Positions 29,396 to 39,819 are shown, counted from the first letter of the stretch. The stretch is DNA of 64,000 nucleotides from an uncultured virus (IMG/VR IMGVR_UViG_3300033069_000856) (IMGVR_UViG_3300033069_000856), one strand, 5' to 3'. Numbers and translations: made by a program. The notes: generated from the letters alone by a model not told the origin.

Positions 29396-29441
29396 ATGGG
29401 AAGCCCTTGTTAGTTGGGTTTCAATCTGGTTAACTACGTAT

Positions 29442-30056
29442 ATGAACGAACAAGAAAAGTGTTACCTAGGCTTAGACCTGGCAACGAAAACTGGCTACTC
29501 CTTGCTGACCTCTACAGGTGAGCACGTAGCCTCAGGTGTGTGGAACTTTAAAGCAAAGAGCGGGGAAGACGAGCGGCATGGATTACTCGCCTTCCGTACT
29601 CAATTATCTCAGATTCAAAAAGACCACCCGCAAATTACCGCCATTTTCTTTGAGAAAGTGGACTTCTGCGTTGCAATGCTGGCATACCGTAAGCACTGTA
29701 TGCTGGCAGCGGTACTAGAGCTATTTTCCCTGGATACCAATTTACCGTTAATTCCAGTGGCCGTGGGTACCTTGAAGAAGTACGCCACAGGCGATGGCAG
29801 GGCAGACAAGTCAGAGATGATTGCTGCCGCTAAGAAGGCTTACCCTGTTATCCAGTTCGAGGATGACAACCATGCAGACTCGATCCTAATAGCCCATTGG
29901 GGTGTCCACTATATCCAATCAGGAGGGTCTTTGACCGAACTCCCAGGAGACACCAAAACAAAGAAGGCTCTTGGAGGTAAGGGGCATAAGGGGACCAAAG
30001 TTAAAAAGAAGAAGCCAAAGCAATTTAAGCGTAATCGATTTAAGGGGATCAAATGA
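29442..30056 (+). CDS. ruvC: RuvC-like Holliday junction resolvase
   Basis: LGLDLATKTG, FEKV, LKKYATGDGRADK, DDNHADSI. Confidence 0.85.
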   Translation: MNEQEKCYLGLDLATKTGYSLLTSTGEHVASGVWNFKAKSGEDERHGLLAFRTQLSQIQKDHPQITAIFFEKVDFCVAMLAYRKHCMLAAVLELFSLDTNLPLIPVAVGTLKKYATGDGRADKSEMIAAAKKAYPVIQFEDDNHADSILIAHWGVHYIQSGGSLTELPGDTKTKKALGGKGHKGTKVKKKKPKQFKRNRFKGIK

Positions 30057-30511
30057 GTAATTATGATGAGAATGGCATGCTCCTACCTGATGAGGGGTTC
30101 GGGTTGGAAGTCACAGAAAAGCCCGCTACGTTCGTCTCAGGTGCGGTACGAAGCGACAGCACAGGTCGCGGCCACTATGAGGATGTATCCCCTCTAGCAA
30201 TGGACAGGCTCGCCAAGCACCTAGAGCTTGGTGCTAAGGAACACGGCCCATGGAACTACATGCTCGGGATGGGCATGAAGCGAGGAATGCAAAGCGTTTT
30301 TCGCCATGGGTATAAGTACATGTACCATAAGCTGACTGGTATCCCTCCCAAGGAAGACCATCTGTCAGCCATGCTGTTTGGAATCATTAGCCTGATCCAC
30401 ACCGAAGAGATGATTAAGTTAGGTCTGGCTTCACCAGCGCTGGACGACATCCCAACGTTAGAAACATTGAAAGCCGCAGCAGCAAAACGTCAACAGAATA
30501 AGGATCATTAA
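30053..30511 (+). CDS. dATP/dGTP diphosphohydrolase-like protein (DUF5664 type)
   Basis: SGAVRS...GRG.Y.....A..RLA...E.GA...G.WN...G......S..RH....EDHL.A. Confidence 0.75.
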   Translation: MSNYDENGMLLPDEGFGLEVTEKPATFVSGAVRSDSTGRGHYEDVSPLAMDRLAKHLELGAKEHGPWNYMLGMGMKRGMQSVFRHGYKYMYHKLTGIPPKEDHLSAMLFGIISLIHTEEMIKLGLASPALDDIPTLETLKAAAAKRQQNKDH

Positions 30512-31185
30512 TGGCCAGTACTGTAACAGCTACTAACAAGGCTCGTGAACTACAGGTTAAGGCTATTGAAGCTAAGATGCTTCGAGAGACCACAGAGAGC
30601 GTCCATACCACACTGAAGAAGGAATGGGATAAGCGTACCAAGGAAGCTAACGCCCTGTTTAATAAGCTGTCCGCTTCTGAGCGCCGAGTGGCTATTGCCA
30701 AGGATGTGCTCGTCCAGCTTAAGGCTAAGCGATACAAGGCGACCTCGGGTACTTATGTCGACTTCAAGAACCCACTTATCGAGTACGATAATGTCGTTGA
30801 CCTTAAGGACGCCCCTCTGTGCGCCCTTTCAGAGGGGGTCAAGTGCCAAGTCTGTGCTCGCGGTTCTATGTTCATGTCGGCATGCGGGCTGTTCGATAAG
30901 GTAACAGCTAAGGACATGGGCATGGATGAAGGATTCTCCAGCTCTTTGGATGGCTTCAATCCCGATTTTCAGGCATATGAGGACCGCTTCTTCCCTCGCA
31001 AGCAGCTTGCTCTGATTGAAGCCGCTTTTGAAGGTGACGATGTGCAGGACCTTCTCACAGATGACCAACAGGTAGCAGCCCGGAAGTGGTACAAGGCCCA
31101 CAAGGGTGGAGCAGAGGTTCGTCTCAAGGCTATCATGCAGAACATCATCCGCAACAAGGGTACCTTCGTCCTGCCCAAGCGCTAA
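30511..31185 (+). CDS. hypothetical phage protein
   Basis: TAATG coupling; CQVCARG. Confidence 0.65.
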   Translation: MASTVTATNKARELQVKAIEAKMLRETTESVHTTLKKEWDKRTKEANALFNKLSASERRVAIAKDVLVQLKAKRYKATSGTYVDFKNPLIEYDNVVDLKDAPLCALSEGVKCQVCARGSMFMSACGLFDKVTAKDMGMDEGFSSSLDGFNPDFQAYEDRFFPRKQLALIEAAFEGDDVQDLLTDDQQVAARKWYKAHKGGAEVRLKAIMQNIIRNKGTFVLPKR

Positions 31186-31252
31186 TTGATTTTCGATAAA
31201 TAAGATTGTCCTAACCCTTAAAGGGTAATTCGCTTTTAATTTTGGAGTCTCG

Positions 31253-34200
31253 ATGCTCTCTGTTAAGAACGTGCCTAGCACAAAAACATTTACTCGCGAT
31301 GAGGCCATGAAGGCCAGCATGGAATACTTCAAGGGCGACAAGTTCGCCGCTGATGTGTTCTTGAATAAGTACGCACTCATCGGAGACGATAACAAGTTTC
31401 TCGAGTCTACCCCGGAAGCTATGCACTGGCGCATGGCTCGGGAGTTTGCTCGTATTGAAAAGAACTACCCCAACCCTATGTCGGAGCAGGAGATCTTTGA
31501 CCTGTTCCATCAGTTCAAGTACGTTATCCCCCAGGGCTCTCCAATGAGCGCCATTGGTAACGATAAGTACATGCAGAGCCTTAGCAACTGCTTTGTGATC
31601 AAGTCCCCTACTGACTCGTACGCAGGTATCCTGCGGACAGACCAGGAGGAAGCACAGATCATGAAGCGCCGGGGTGGGGTAGGCTTTGATATTAGTGAAA
31701 TTCGACCCAAGGGAATGGCCACCAGTAACGCAGCCCGTACCACAGATGGTATTGGTGTGTTCATGGAGCGGTTCTCTAACACATGTCGAGAGGTGGCCCA
31801 AGGTGGTCGTCGGGGTGCACTGATGCTTTCAGTCTCCTGCCACCACCCTGAGATCCGGACATTCATCGACATCAAGCGTGACCGGAAGAAGGTCACCGGG
31901 GCGAACTGTAGTATTCGACTGTCTAACGAATTCATGGAGGCAGTCCGGGCTAACGAGGAGGTAGAGCTTCGTTGGCCAGTGGATTCAGCCACTCCAAAGA
32001 TTCGAGAGAAGACAGACGCAAAGAAGTTGTGGGACTCGATCATTGATGCGGCTTGGACCAGTGCAGAACCAGGACTACTGTTCTGGGACACAGTCAAGGC
32101 AATGACCCCAGCGGATATCTATGCGTCAGTTGGCTATGCCAGCATCTCGACTAACCCATGCGTTACTGAAGATACTTGGATCATGACGGCCAATGGTCCA
32201 ACTCAGGTTAAGGATCTAGTAGGTATCCCCTTCGATGCATTGGTTAGTGGTCAGGCTTACAAGTCCCCAAAGGGGTTTTGGAAGACTGGAAACAAAGATA
32301 CCATCAAGATTACTACGGCAGAGGGGTTCTCTATCCAATGTACCCCTAACCATAAATTGCTTACTTTGAACGCTCAAGGCCAAGAGGAGTGGAAGGAAGC
32401 TAAAGATTTAGTTACAGGTACTCGACTAGTTCTGGATAACCACTCTAATCAGACTTGGAACGGCTCTGGCACGTATGGAGAAGGGTACCTTCTTGGCTCT
32501 CTAATTGGAGACGGCTGCATTTCTTCTGGAACTGCACATCTTTCCTGGTGGGGCTCGACCAAGAAGCACATGTACGAGTTCGTTTCAGAGCTCGCTCAAA
32601 ACTCTTTAAAGTGCCGTGCAGACCTTGGAACAGGGAACACTGAGTCAGACTACTGCACAACTCTGGATAAAGTTGGATTTAACTCTGTAGGGCTTAAGCA
32701 CCTTGCAGATGATTACAACCTAACTGAGGCTAAGAATATCACCCCGGAGATTGAGGCTTCTAGTCCTGATTTCTATCGTGGTATTTTGAGCGGATGGTTT
32801 GATGCAGACGGGACGGTTGGCTACTCTAGCAGCAAGCAGAGTACTTCTGTCCGGTTATGCTCTGTTAATCTTCAAAATCTCTATGCCGCGCAAAGGATGC
32901 TTGCTCGCCTTGGTATTATCTCGAAGATTTACACTAATCGTAGAGAAGCAGGTACTAGATTGCTTCCAGATGGTAAGGGTGGTAGCAAACCTTATCACTG
33001 TCAGGCAACTCACGAACTGTGCATCTCTAAGACAAACGTTCTAAGGTTCCAAGAGCGAGTTGGTTTCGCAGACCCGGACAAGTCAGAAAAGTTAGCAGCA
33101 GTGATTGATAAGCTAAGTGAAAGCAATAGAGGGTTCTACAAAGAATCTTTTACTGCTAAAGTAGCCTCGCTGACACAGTCAGGTACTCAAGATGTATACG
33201 ACTGTACAGTAGAGACAGTTCATCGTTTTGACGCAAATGGTATTACGGCCCATAATTGTGCCGAATTAATCCTTTCTCAATACGACAGCTGCCGCTTATT
33301 GTGTCTCAACCTCATGTCATTTGTCAGTGACCCATACACAGCGAATGCTCGGTTCAATTTCACGAAGTATCGTGCGATTGTCCTCAAAGCACAGCGGCTG
33401 ATGGATGACCTTGTGGACCTTGAGATCGAGGCTATCGATAAGATCCTGAAGAAGATCGTTACAGACCCGGATGACCAGGAGACTAAGGCTTACGAGCTGA
33501 AGCTCTGGCAGAACATCCGGGAAGCGGCTGTCAACGGACGTCGTACTGGGTTAGGTATTACTGCGCTAGGAGACACTATCGCAGCCCTTGGGATGAAGTA
33601 CGGTGACAAGGATAGCATCCAGTTCACCTCTGACATCTACAAGGCCCTTGCAGTAGAGTCCTACCGTAGCTCGGTAATCATGGCTAAGGAGCGTGGGCCG
33701 TTCCCCGTATTCAGCCACAAGCTGGAAGACGGGCACCCGTTCCTTCAGCGCATCTGGGACGAAGACCCAGAACTGTACAGCCTGTATGTGGCTCACGGTC
33801 GTCGCAATATCGCGAATACCACTACAGCACCTACCGGGTCAGTCAGTACGCTTACTCAGACAACCTCCGGTATTGAGCCAGCAGCGTTTATCCACTACTG
33901 CCGTCGTCGTAAGGTAAATCCTTCCGATAAGAACGTACGGGTAGACTTTGTTGACCAGACTGGTGACTCTTGGGAAGAGTACCTGATGACTCACAAGGGC
34001 TTCTTGGACTGGGCTAAGATCAACGGTAAGATCAAAGACTGGACCGATGAAGAGGCCCGTAAGTACGATAAGGATGTGGACATCCCGTTCTTTAAAGAGT
34101 CTCCTTACTTTGGCGCTACGTGCAATGACGTAGATTGGCTCGCCAGTGTAGAGATTCAGGCAGCAGCCCAGAAGTGGGTCTGCCATGCAATCAGCAAGAC

Positions 34201-34846
34201 CTGCAACCTACCTAAGACAGCTACCCGTGAGCTGGTCAGCCAGGTCTACATGAAGGCCTGGGAGTCAGGTTGCAAGGGGTTCACTGTTTATCGGGACGGT
34301 TGCCGTTCCGGTGTAATTGTGACCAACGACGAGAAGACAAAGAAGGAAGAGTGGAAGAAGCGTCCACAGTCTATCAGCTGTGACGTCTTCCCCAAGGTAA
34401 TGGTTAAGGGTTCGCCGTTCTTTGTTATCGTCGGTAAGCAGGAAGACCGCCCTTATGAGGTATTTGCTGGCGTTGGAGCATTGGATACCCACGCAGCCTC
34501 TGGGCAAGTTATCAAGCATAAGCGTGGTGAATACGAGTTCATCGCAGACGACGGATCTCGTGTATCCAATGTCTGTGATCTCGCTACGGATGATTGTGGA
34601 GCAATTACTCGGTTAATGAGTCTCGCCCTTCGTCACAACGTAGACATCAAGTTCATCATCCAGCAGCTCGAGAAGACACCGGGTGACCTGAATAGTTTTG
34701 GTCGTGCTATTGCGCGAACCTTGAAGAAGTATATCCCTGACGGAGAAAAGGAAAATGGTACAACCTGTCCCCAGTGCGGAAATAACTCAGTCACGCGTCA
34801 AGAGGGCTGTATCTCGTGTGCGTGCGGTTGGAGTAAATGTAGCTAG
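31253..34846 (+). CDS. nrdJ: class II (adenosylcobalamin) ribonucleotide reductase containing an intein
   Basis: SLSNCF, RRGGVG, QGGRRGALM, AEPG, TNP|CAE, RRTGLG, TAPTGS, GIEP, KGFTVYRDG; C-terminal Cys cluster; no nrdB in window. Confidence 0.88.
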   Translation: MLSVKNVPSTKTFTRDEAMKASMEYFKGDKFAADVFLNKYALIGDDNKFLESTPEAMHWRMAREFARIEKNYPNPMSEQEIFDLFHQFKYVIPQGSPMSAIGNDKYMQSLSNCFVIKSPTDSYAGILRTDQEEAQIMKRRGGVGFDISEIRPKGMATSNAARTTDGIGVFMERFSNTCREVAQGGRRGALMLSVSCHHPEIRTFIDIKRDRKKVTGANCSIRLSNEFMEAVRANEEVELRWPVDSATPKIREKTDAKKLWDSIIDAAWTSAEPGLLFWDTVKAMTPADIYASVGYASISTNPCVTEDTWIMTANGPTQVKDLVGIPFDALVSGQAYKSPKGFWKTGNKDTIKITTAEGFSIQCTPNHKLLTLNAQGQEEWKEAKDLVTGTRLVLDNHSNQTWNGSGTYGEGYLLGSLIGDGCISSGTAHLSWWGSTKKHMYEFVSELAQNSLKCRADLGTGNTESDYCTTLDKVGFNSVGLKHLADDYNLTEAKNITPEIEASSPDFYRGILSGWFDADGTVGYSSSKQSTSVRLCSVNLQNLYAAQRMLARLGIISKIYTNRREAGTRLLPDGKGGSKPYHCQATHELCISKTNVLRFQERVGFADPDKSEKLAAVIDKLSESNRGFYKESFTAKVASLTQSGTQDVYDCTVETVHRFDANGITAHNCAELILSQYDSCRLLCLNLMSFVSDPYTANARFNFTKYRAIVLKAQRLMDDLVDLEIEAIDKILKKIVTDPDDQETKAYELKLWQNIREAAVNGRRTGLGITALGDTIAALGMKYGDKDSIQFTSDIYKALAVESYRSSVIMAKERGPFPVFSHKLEDGHPFLQRIWDEDPELYSLYVAHGRRNIANTTTAPTGSVSTLTQTTSGIEPAAFIHYCRRRKVNPSDKNVRVDFVDQTGDSWEEYLMTHKGFLDWAKINGKIKDWTDEEARKYDKDVDIPFFKESPYFGATCNDVDWLASVEIQAAAQKWVCHAISKTCNLPKTATRELVSQVYMKAWESGCKGFTVYRDGCRSGVIVTNDEKTKKEEWKKRPQSISCDVFPKVMVKGSPFFVIVGKQEDRPYEVFAGVGALDTHAASGQVIKHKRGEYEFIADDGSRVSNVCDLATDDCGAITRLMSLALRHNVDIKFIIQQLEKTPGDLNSFGRAIARTLKKYIPDGEKENGTTCPQCGNNSVTRQEGCISCACGWSKCS
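32159..33256 (+). mobile_element. intein (366 aa) with LAGLIDADG homing endonuclease
   Basis: starts CVTEDT, block B CTPNHK, LLGSLIGDG and LSGWFDADG, ends VYD...ITAHN before Cys+1. Confidence 0.92.
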
Positions 34847-34883
34847 TTGGGTTTGGCATAGCACGGTATGTTTCCTCTGGGAC

Positions 34884-35372
34884 ATGCGGTACCGTTTGTC
34901 AATGCCTATCCCGGTACATTATCACCTAGTGCCAGGGGCTGTGAAGCCGCTTAATGCACATGCTGATGATGGCTGCTACGATATCGTGGCTACTACAGAC
35001 CCGGAGATTACAACTCTACCGGATGGGTCAATCAATGTTCGGTATGACACTGGCCTGCGTATTGCCCTGCCACTAGGGTGGCATACACTAATCTTTCCCC
35101 GCAGCAGTATTACCAAGTACGGGCTGGTTCTTGGGAATGGTGTAGGATACGCGGACAATGGATTCCGGGGCACTTTCCGGGTCTCGTTCAAGTACGTGGG
35201 TGACAAGCCCTTTACTCTAGACCGAGCCGGGCTTCCCAAGAAGGGGGAGCGCATTGCCCAGATTACTTTTGTATACTCCCCTAAGACAAGATTCTTTAAA
35301 GCGGATAGTGAACTTCAACTCCCAGTCAGCCACAGAGGCGAAAATGGCTGGGGCTCAACAGGAAAAACATGA
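34884..35372 (+). CDS. dut: trimeric dUTPase
   Basis: YDI, PRSS, GYADNGFRG, RIAQ, RGENGWGSTG; start 34884 or 34902. Confidence 0.88.
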   Translation: MRYRLSMPIPVHYHLVPGAVKPLNAHADDGCYDIVATTDPEITTLPDGSINVRYDTGLRIALPLGWHTLIFPRSSITKYGLVLGNGVGYADNGFRGTFRVSFKYVGDKPFTLDRAGLPKKGERIAQITFVYSPKTRFFKADSELQLPVSHRGENGWGSTGKT

Positions 35373-35638
35373 ACGAACAAGAAGCAAAGATTGAGTCGAC
35401 TAAGCTCGCACAGGGTTACAACCTCTGGGTGAACATGTACACTACGATTGTCTCCAGCCCCATGTCAGTCGAGATGTACAAGGAGAACCCTGGTACGTTC
35501 ATGGAGCGTGCAAAGACCCTCGCCTATGAGATGGCTGGTGCCATCGCAGAGGAGGGGGTTAATGTAGAGGCCAAGATGGCTGCCATCAAGGTCGACGTCT
35601 CCGCTGGGCCTGCTAACATGAAGCTCGTTACGCCGTAA
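35369..35638 (+). CDS. hypothetical protein
   Basis: ATGA overlap. Confidence 0.6.
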   Translation: MNEQEAKIESTKLAQGYNLWVNMYTTIVSSPMSVEMYKENPGTFMERAKTLAYEMAGAIAEEGVNVEAKMAAIKVDVSAGPANMKLVTP

Positions 35639-35689
35639 TAATCCCCCGGGTAAGGTTGAGAAGCCCTACCCGGGCTTAGGAGTGCATTT

Positions 35690-36040
35690 ATGAGTGGTTT
35701 GAAGTTGAAGTCGAACAATCAAGCTATTATCAACATGCAAGTTATTTCTCTATCCTGTGACGAAGAACTCGTCAGGTTGGTTTTTGCAGACGGAAAGGAA
35801 ATTATGGTCATGCCCTACGAAGTAAAGACTATGGTTATTGGTGGACCTCAGAAGGACGAAGGGGCAGAAGACCCTGACGATCTTGATGATGTGTTAGACG
35901 ACGATAAGACTGAGTTTGACGATACTACAGATGACTTCACCTTTGACGATGATGATGACCTGGAAGATGGTAAGTTTGAAGAGGATGAAGAGGTAGACGA
36001 TTCTGATGAGTTCGTACCTGACCCCGATAAGGACATTTAA
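35690..36040 (+). CDS. hypothetical protein with very acidic C-terminal half
   Basis: SD aggag; D/E-rich tail. Confidence 0.6.
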   Translation: MSGLKLKSNNQAIINMQVISLSCDEELVRLVFADGKEIMVMPYEVKTMVIGGPQKDEGAEDPDDLDDVLDDDKTEFDDTTDDFTFDDDDDLEDGKFEEDEEVDDSDEFVPDPDKDI

Positions 36041-36925
36041 GTGCTGACACAAGTCACAACCTGCCACGGTGATTCAAACGTAGTCTTGGCGAATGTGCAT
36101 AGATGGTTGGCCTCCAGTATTGATCAGTTAGTCCTAGTCGACTACGCCTGCCCTAATAACGTAGGCAAACTCCTACTCAACAAAGCAGCCGGTAAGAACG
36201 GTAAGCTTACTATCATCCAGGTAGACCCTAAGGAAGCTGGCCCGTTCTACAACCAAGCCAGAGCTAAGAACATTGGAGCTAAGGCAGCCAAGGGAGAGTA
36301 CCTACTCTTCCTTGATGCTCGAGCGACTGTCAATAACGACTTTATTGAAGAGGTTAAGCTCCAGCTAGAAGGGCAGGAAAGCACAGACACTGAAGCAGGA
36401 GGGGATGTAGCACCTGTCTGTCCTTCTATGTTCATCTGCCAGGATGCAGTGAAATTCATCAATAAAGATGGATACAAGGAAGCAGCTAAGTACACCAAAG
36501 AGATCCAGTCTGGGGCACCGCTTAAGTTCAACCAGCTAATTGTGCGGAATTCAGTTCTGTACAACCTGAATGGGTTTAATGAGGCTAACCTGGTACCGGG
36601 ATTAGAGGTGGTAGATTTCCTATGCCGAGCATTTAGCGATGAAACCAAGTACGCAACATCAACTGAATTTGGATACACTCTGGATGAGGCCATCAGCTTC
36701 AGGTTTAAAGAGCCGTCCCCTGATACGGCGGAGTCGTCGATTAAAGAGGTTTTACTTAACAGAGATACAGACAAGAATGTCGAAGCGCTTGACCTATACA
36801 GTATTATGAGGGAAATGAGCCCTCGAGCCCAACCAGGTAAACGCTTTGGCATCAATGGCTACAATAAGAATGTTCGCATGTTTGTGGGAGGCTCAGAACG
36901 AGTCTTTAACCCAGGATTAGATTAA
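36041..36925 (+). CDS. GT-A fold glycosyltransferase-like protein
   Basis: VLVDY, ARAKNIGAKAAKGEYLLFLDA, LNGFNE. Confidence 0.7.
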   Translation: MLTQVTTCHGDSNVVLANVHRWLASSIDQLVLVDYACPNNVGKLLLNKAAGKNGKLTIIQVDPKEAGPFYNQARAKNIGAKAAKGEYLLFLDARATVNNDFIEEVKLQLEGQESTDTEAGGDVAPVCPSMFICQDAVKFINKDGYKEAAKYTKEIQSGAPLKFNQLIVRNSVLYNLNGFNEANLVPGLEVVDFLCRAFSDETKYATSTEFGYTLDEAISFRFKEPSPDTAESSIKEVLLNRDTDKNVEALDLYSIMREMSPRAQPGKRFGINGYNKNVRMFVGGSERVFNPGLD

Positions 36926-37498
36926 ATGGAAAATGGACCACTGTTACCAGGCGACCCAGACTCTGGGTTGGAAATTGATATCAAGCCAAGCACTAGCTTG
37001 GACGAGCTGAACAAGCGGCAAGACGCAGCTTCATATGAGGCTGAGATGACCCGGCTCCGTATCAAGGTGCCATCCGGAGTAATTGCCCGGGTAGAGAGTA
37101 TCACCGATACGGACCACATCATTGCGTATACTGACATCGGTACGTCAGTAGTGCTACACCGAGCCCAGGCTATTGAACGCCTAGGGGCTATGTTCAGCTT
37201 AATCATGAACTCCACTGGTTCCGATCGGCCAGAGGAAGTAGAGCGCGACATCGAGTGCTGTATCATGATCTTCCGGGCAGTATGCAAGAATGGGGCAGCG
37301 AGAGGTAAGAAGTACTCGGCCCCATATATCAAGCAGTTCGAGCAGATGCTGCTAGACCTGTATAAGAAGTACAAGAACCGCCCCGATCGCCTGCAAACGT
37401 CAGGCAATAAGCCAGGTTGGAATGACAACCAAGCCCCAAGAGAGTTTGACATTTCGTCCGAAGGTAAGATTATCCCAGTGCACCAGAACCCAAAATAA
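36926..37498 (+). CDS. hypothetical protein
   Basis: abutting ORF. Confidence 0.6.
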   Translation: MENGPLLPGDPDSGLEIDIKPSTSLDELNKRQDAASYEAEMTRLRIKVPSGVIARVESITDTDHIIAYTDIGTSVVLHRAQAIERLGAMFSLIMNSTGSDRPEEVERDIECCIMIFRAVCKNGAARGKKYSAPYIKQFEQMLLDLYKKYKNRPDRLQTSGNKPGWNDNQAPREFDISSEGKIIPVHQNPK

Positions 37499-38195
37499 GA
37501 TCCAGGTAGAGTGTCTGTACCTTCTAGGGTGCACCCTGGTCGGTCAGTCCTTTGCCAGGTTCGTTAGCGCAGTGGCTTCTACGCTGAACTGCCCACAATC
37601 AGTTCTAGTGACTAGCCTTAGTGGGTTCATGGGACAGCTTTTAACAGCAGAAAGGTTACGTCTCATTGCTGGCTTCTGTGCCAGCGTTGAGGATAGACTA
37701 AGATTAGGCGATGCAGTGATGCCCCCATCCTCTGGTGCAGATCCAGGATGGAATGTAATAGAGGTGATGGACCTGCAGCCCACCACCCTTGGCATCGACC
37801 TGATCTGTACGGTAGTCTATGGAAATGCATATGGAGCAAGAGTCACTAAAGCAGTACAGGTGGATGGACCAGCTATATACGGAATGTACCGTAAGGCTGG
37901 GATCATTGGGCGTAGACGCAAACAAGCTTTTCCGCGTGACCTTGTCGGTATGTTATTCCTTGTCGATCTAGTAGCCACAGACAAGAATGCTGAAGGGTTA
38001 ACCTTCTGGCAAATAGATCAGCCATCAGTATTAGATACAAGAAATTCAAAGTTAATCAGGGAACGTAAGAAGCCTTGTCCAATAGGCAAGACGCATCCCT
38101 GCGCCTTCTGCATGGTAGGTAAGAACGAATGCCACAGGGCAGTAAGGCCAGTAACAATTACAGTGGAGAATAAGAATGTCAGTGTTGCAGTTTAA
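37422..38195 (+). CDS. hypothetical protein with C-terminal Cys cluster (start uncertain, possibly near 37629)
   Basis: CP.....CAFC......C. Confidence 0.5.
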   Translation: MTTKPQESLTFRPKVRLSQCTRTQNKIQVECLYLLGCTLVGQSFARFVSAVASTLNCPQSVLVTSLSGFMGQLLTAERLRLIAGFCASVEDRLRLGDAVMPPSSGADPGWNVIEVMDLQPTTLGIDLICTVVYGNAYGARVTKAVQVDGPAIYGMYRKAGIIGRRRKQAFPRDLVGMLFLVDLVATDKNAEGLTFWQIDQPSVLDTRNSKLIRERKKPCPIGKTHPCAFCMVGKNECHRAVRPVTITVENKNVSVAV

Positions 38196-38763
38196 ATCAA
38201 CTATCAAAGGCCAGCAGCTACAGTCAGTGGATAAAGAGACCTTCTGGTTGTCCCCAACCAGAGACATTGTCTATAACTTCATCCCGTTCTGCCATAAGGC
38301 GTTTGCCTATATGGAGAATCATAAGAACCCTGTCGTAGTTGACTACTATGCCAGGGGAGGGACTGAGGAAGAGATGGCAGCTTTCGCTAAAGCAATGGTT
38401 GCCTTCGTCAAAGAGACTAAGCTCTACAAAGAAGGCGACAAAGTTCAGCAAGCAGTAACTCGTTCAGGTATCTTGGACTTCCCTCCTAGAGTCCATGGCC
38501 TGTTTGGGTATGCCTACACTATGGTGACTATCAGTCACTACTACAACAGCCTGTCCACCAGCCAGAACGGTGAGATTGACACTGAAGCCTTCTTTAAAGT
38601 TGAGTACCTGGAATACAGCATTAAGCCTAGTTGGAAGTCTTGGAAAGGAATTAAAGCATGGTTCAAGCAGAAGTTCGCGAAGGAAGCCCCGTCATCACCG
38701 ACACCCTCCTTGCCCGCCTCAACCGAAAGTCCACAGCCCGAGTCCGACTCGAAGACGTCATGA
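38176..38763 (+). CDS. hypothetical protein
   Basis: SD ggag. Confidence 0.6.
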   Translation: MSVLQFKSTIKGQQLQSVDKETFWLSPTRDIVYNFIPFCHKAFAYMENHKNPVVVDYYARGGTEEEMAAFAKAMVAFVKETKLYKEGDKVQQAVTRSGILDFPPRVHGLFGYAYTMVTISHYYNSLSTSQNGEIDTEAFFKVEYLEYSIKPSWKSWKGIKAWFKQKFAKEAPSSPTPSLPASTESPQPESDSKTS

Positions 38764-39200
38764 AGGACTCGGCCTTGGCTGTGTACTCCTACGCTCCTTT
38801 GACCATGGCCACCAATGTCCTGTACGGCTATGGTGGTGGGCTGAACATGGAGATCCAGTACGAGGCAGAGACCAAGAACCAACTCACCTATGGGTTGATT
38901 CAGTTCGAGAACGTCCAGACCCTCAAAATCAACGATATCGCAGTACGCAGTTGGCGGTGCATGCCTAAGGATCAATTCGAGGCATTCGAAAAGCACATGG
39001 CTGAGTCTGCGTTCAAGCTCGATGCTTCAGACGATTTGGAAGCTGCCCTGAAAGTCAACTGGGGGGCTTATACACTCAAGTTGGGAAATGGGTTCCCCAT
39101 CTTCACTTGTAAGGTGGCCGTACCACAGCACCCTTACTTGAAGGTGAGCACCAATACTACAGATTCGCAAGCAGCAGTGACTATTACTAAAGTAGAGTAA
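38760..39200 (+). CDS. hypothetical protein
   Basis: ATGA overlap. Confidence 0.6.
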   Translation: MKDSALAVYSYAPLTMATNVLYGYGGGLNMEIQYEAETKNQLTYGLIQFENVQTLKINDIAVRSWRCMPKDQFEAFEKHMAESAFKLDASDDLEAALKVNWGAYTLKLGNGFPIFTCKVAVPQHPYLKVSTNTTDSQAAVTITKVE

Positions 39201-39203
39201 TTC

Positions 39204-39455
39204 ATGGATATTCGTATTACAGACCCCTCCGCTATTGATGCGGAGTTGGTTGCGGGCACAGACGGTGCGTGGCAGTTGAACTTCTACAAAAGCCGCAAAC
39301 ACGCTAATGCCCACCTTATTGAAACAGTTAGTCAAGGCGGCACTGTCCTTGGTAGATACCTTATTAGGGTTGCCCCTAATGGGAGTGTGTCCTTAGAGAA
39401 CTTAGGAGATACCTTTGAGCCAGAATCCGACCAGCCAACCAATTCCAACTCCTGA
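39204..39455 (+). CDS. hypothetical protein
   Basis: coupled ORF. Confidence 0.55.
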   Translation: MDIRITDPSAIDAELVAGTDGAWQLNFYKSRKHANAHLIETVSQGGTVLGRYLIRVAPNGSVSLENLGDTFEPESDQPTNSNS

Positions 39456-39819
39456 GGAGTCCCCTGTAACCGTGGTCAATGAGGCCCTAAAGCCTTTCTC
39501 TGACAAGGTAACCCTTATCGTCTCGGCTAGCATTAACCGTGTAGAGCTGGAGTCAGCCGGGGTAACCTTTGCTAACCGGGATGCCCATATCGGGTTATTC
39601 ACCGGTACCCTGGATGAGATATTCAAGTTAATCGATGATTGCTCTCTACCCCCTACCGATGTCAAGATCATTGGTAAGAACGGGGTGACTGCCGACTTCT
39701 TTATTGAGCCTCCCAAGTACTGCCTGAAGTTAGACGGGTTTAACTACGTTGGCGGCAATGTCTCGAACTCGGTAGTCAGGTTTAAAACAGGTAATTACAT
39801 CATCCCTATGCCTACTTAA
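39415..39819 (+). CDS. hypothetical protein
   Basis: SD aggag, TTG start. Confidence 0.55.
   Translation: MSQNPTSQPIPTPEESPVTVVNEALKPFSDKVTLIVSASINRVELESAGVTFANRDAHIGLFTGTLDEIFKLIDDCSLPPTDVKIIGKNGVTADFFIEPPKYCLKLDGFNYVGGNVSNSVVRFKTGNYIIPMPT

Noticed and set aside
33257..33269. 13-nt identity tgtgccgaattaa with the intron guide region (3528-3540)
   Set aside because: A 13-mer match is expected by chance in 64 kb, and each copy is constrained for a different reason
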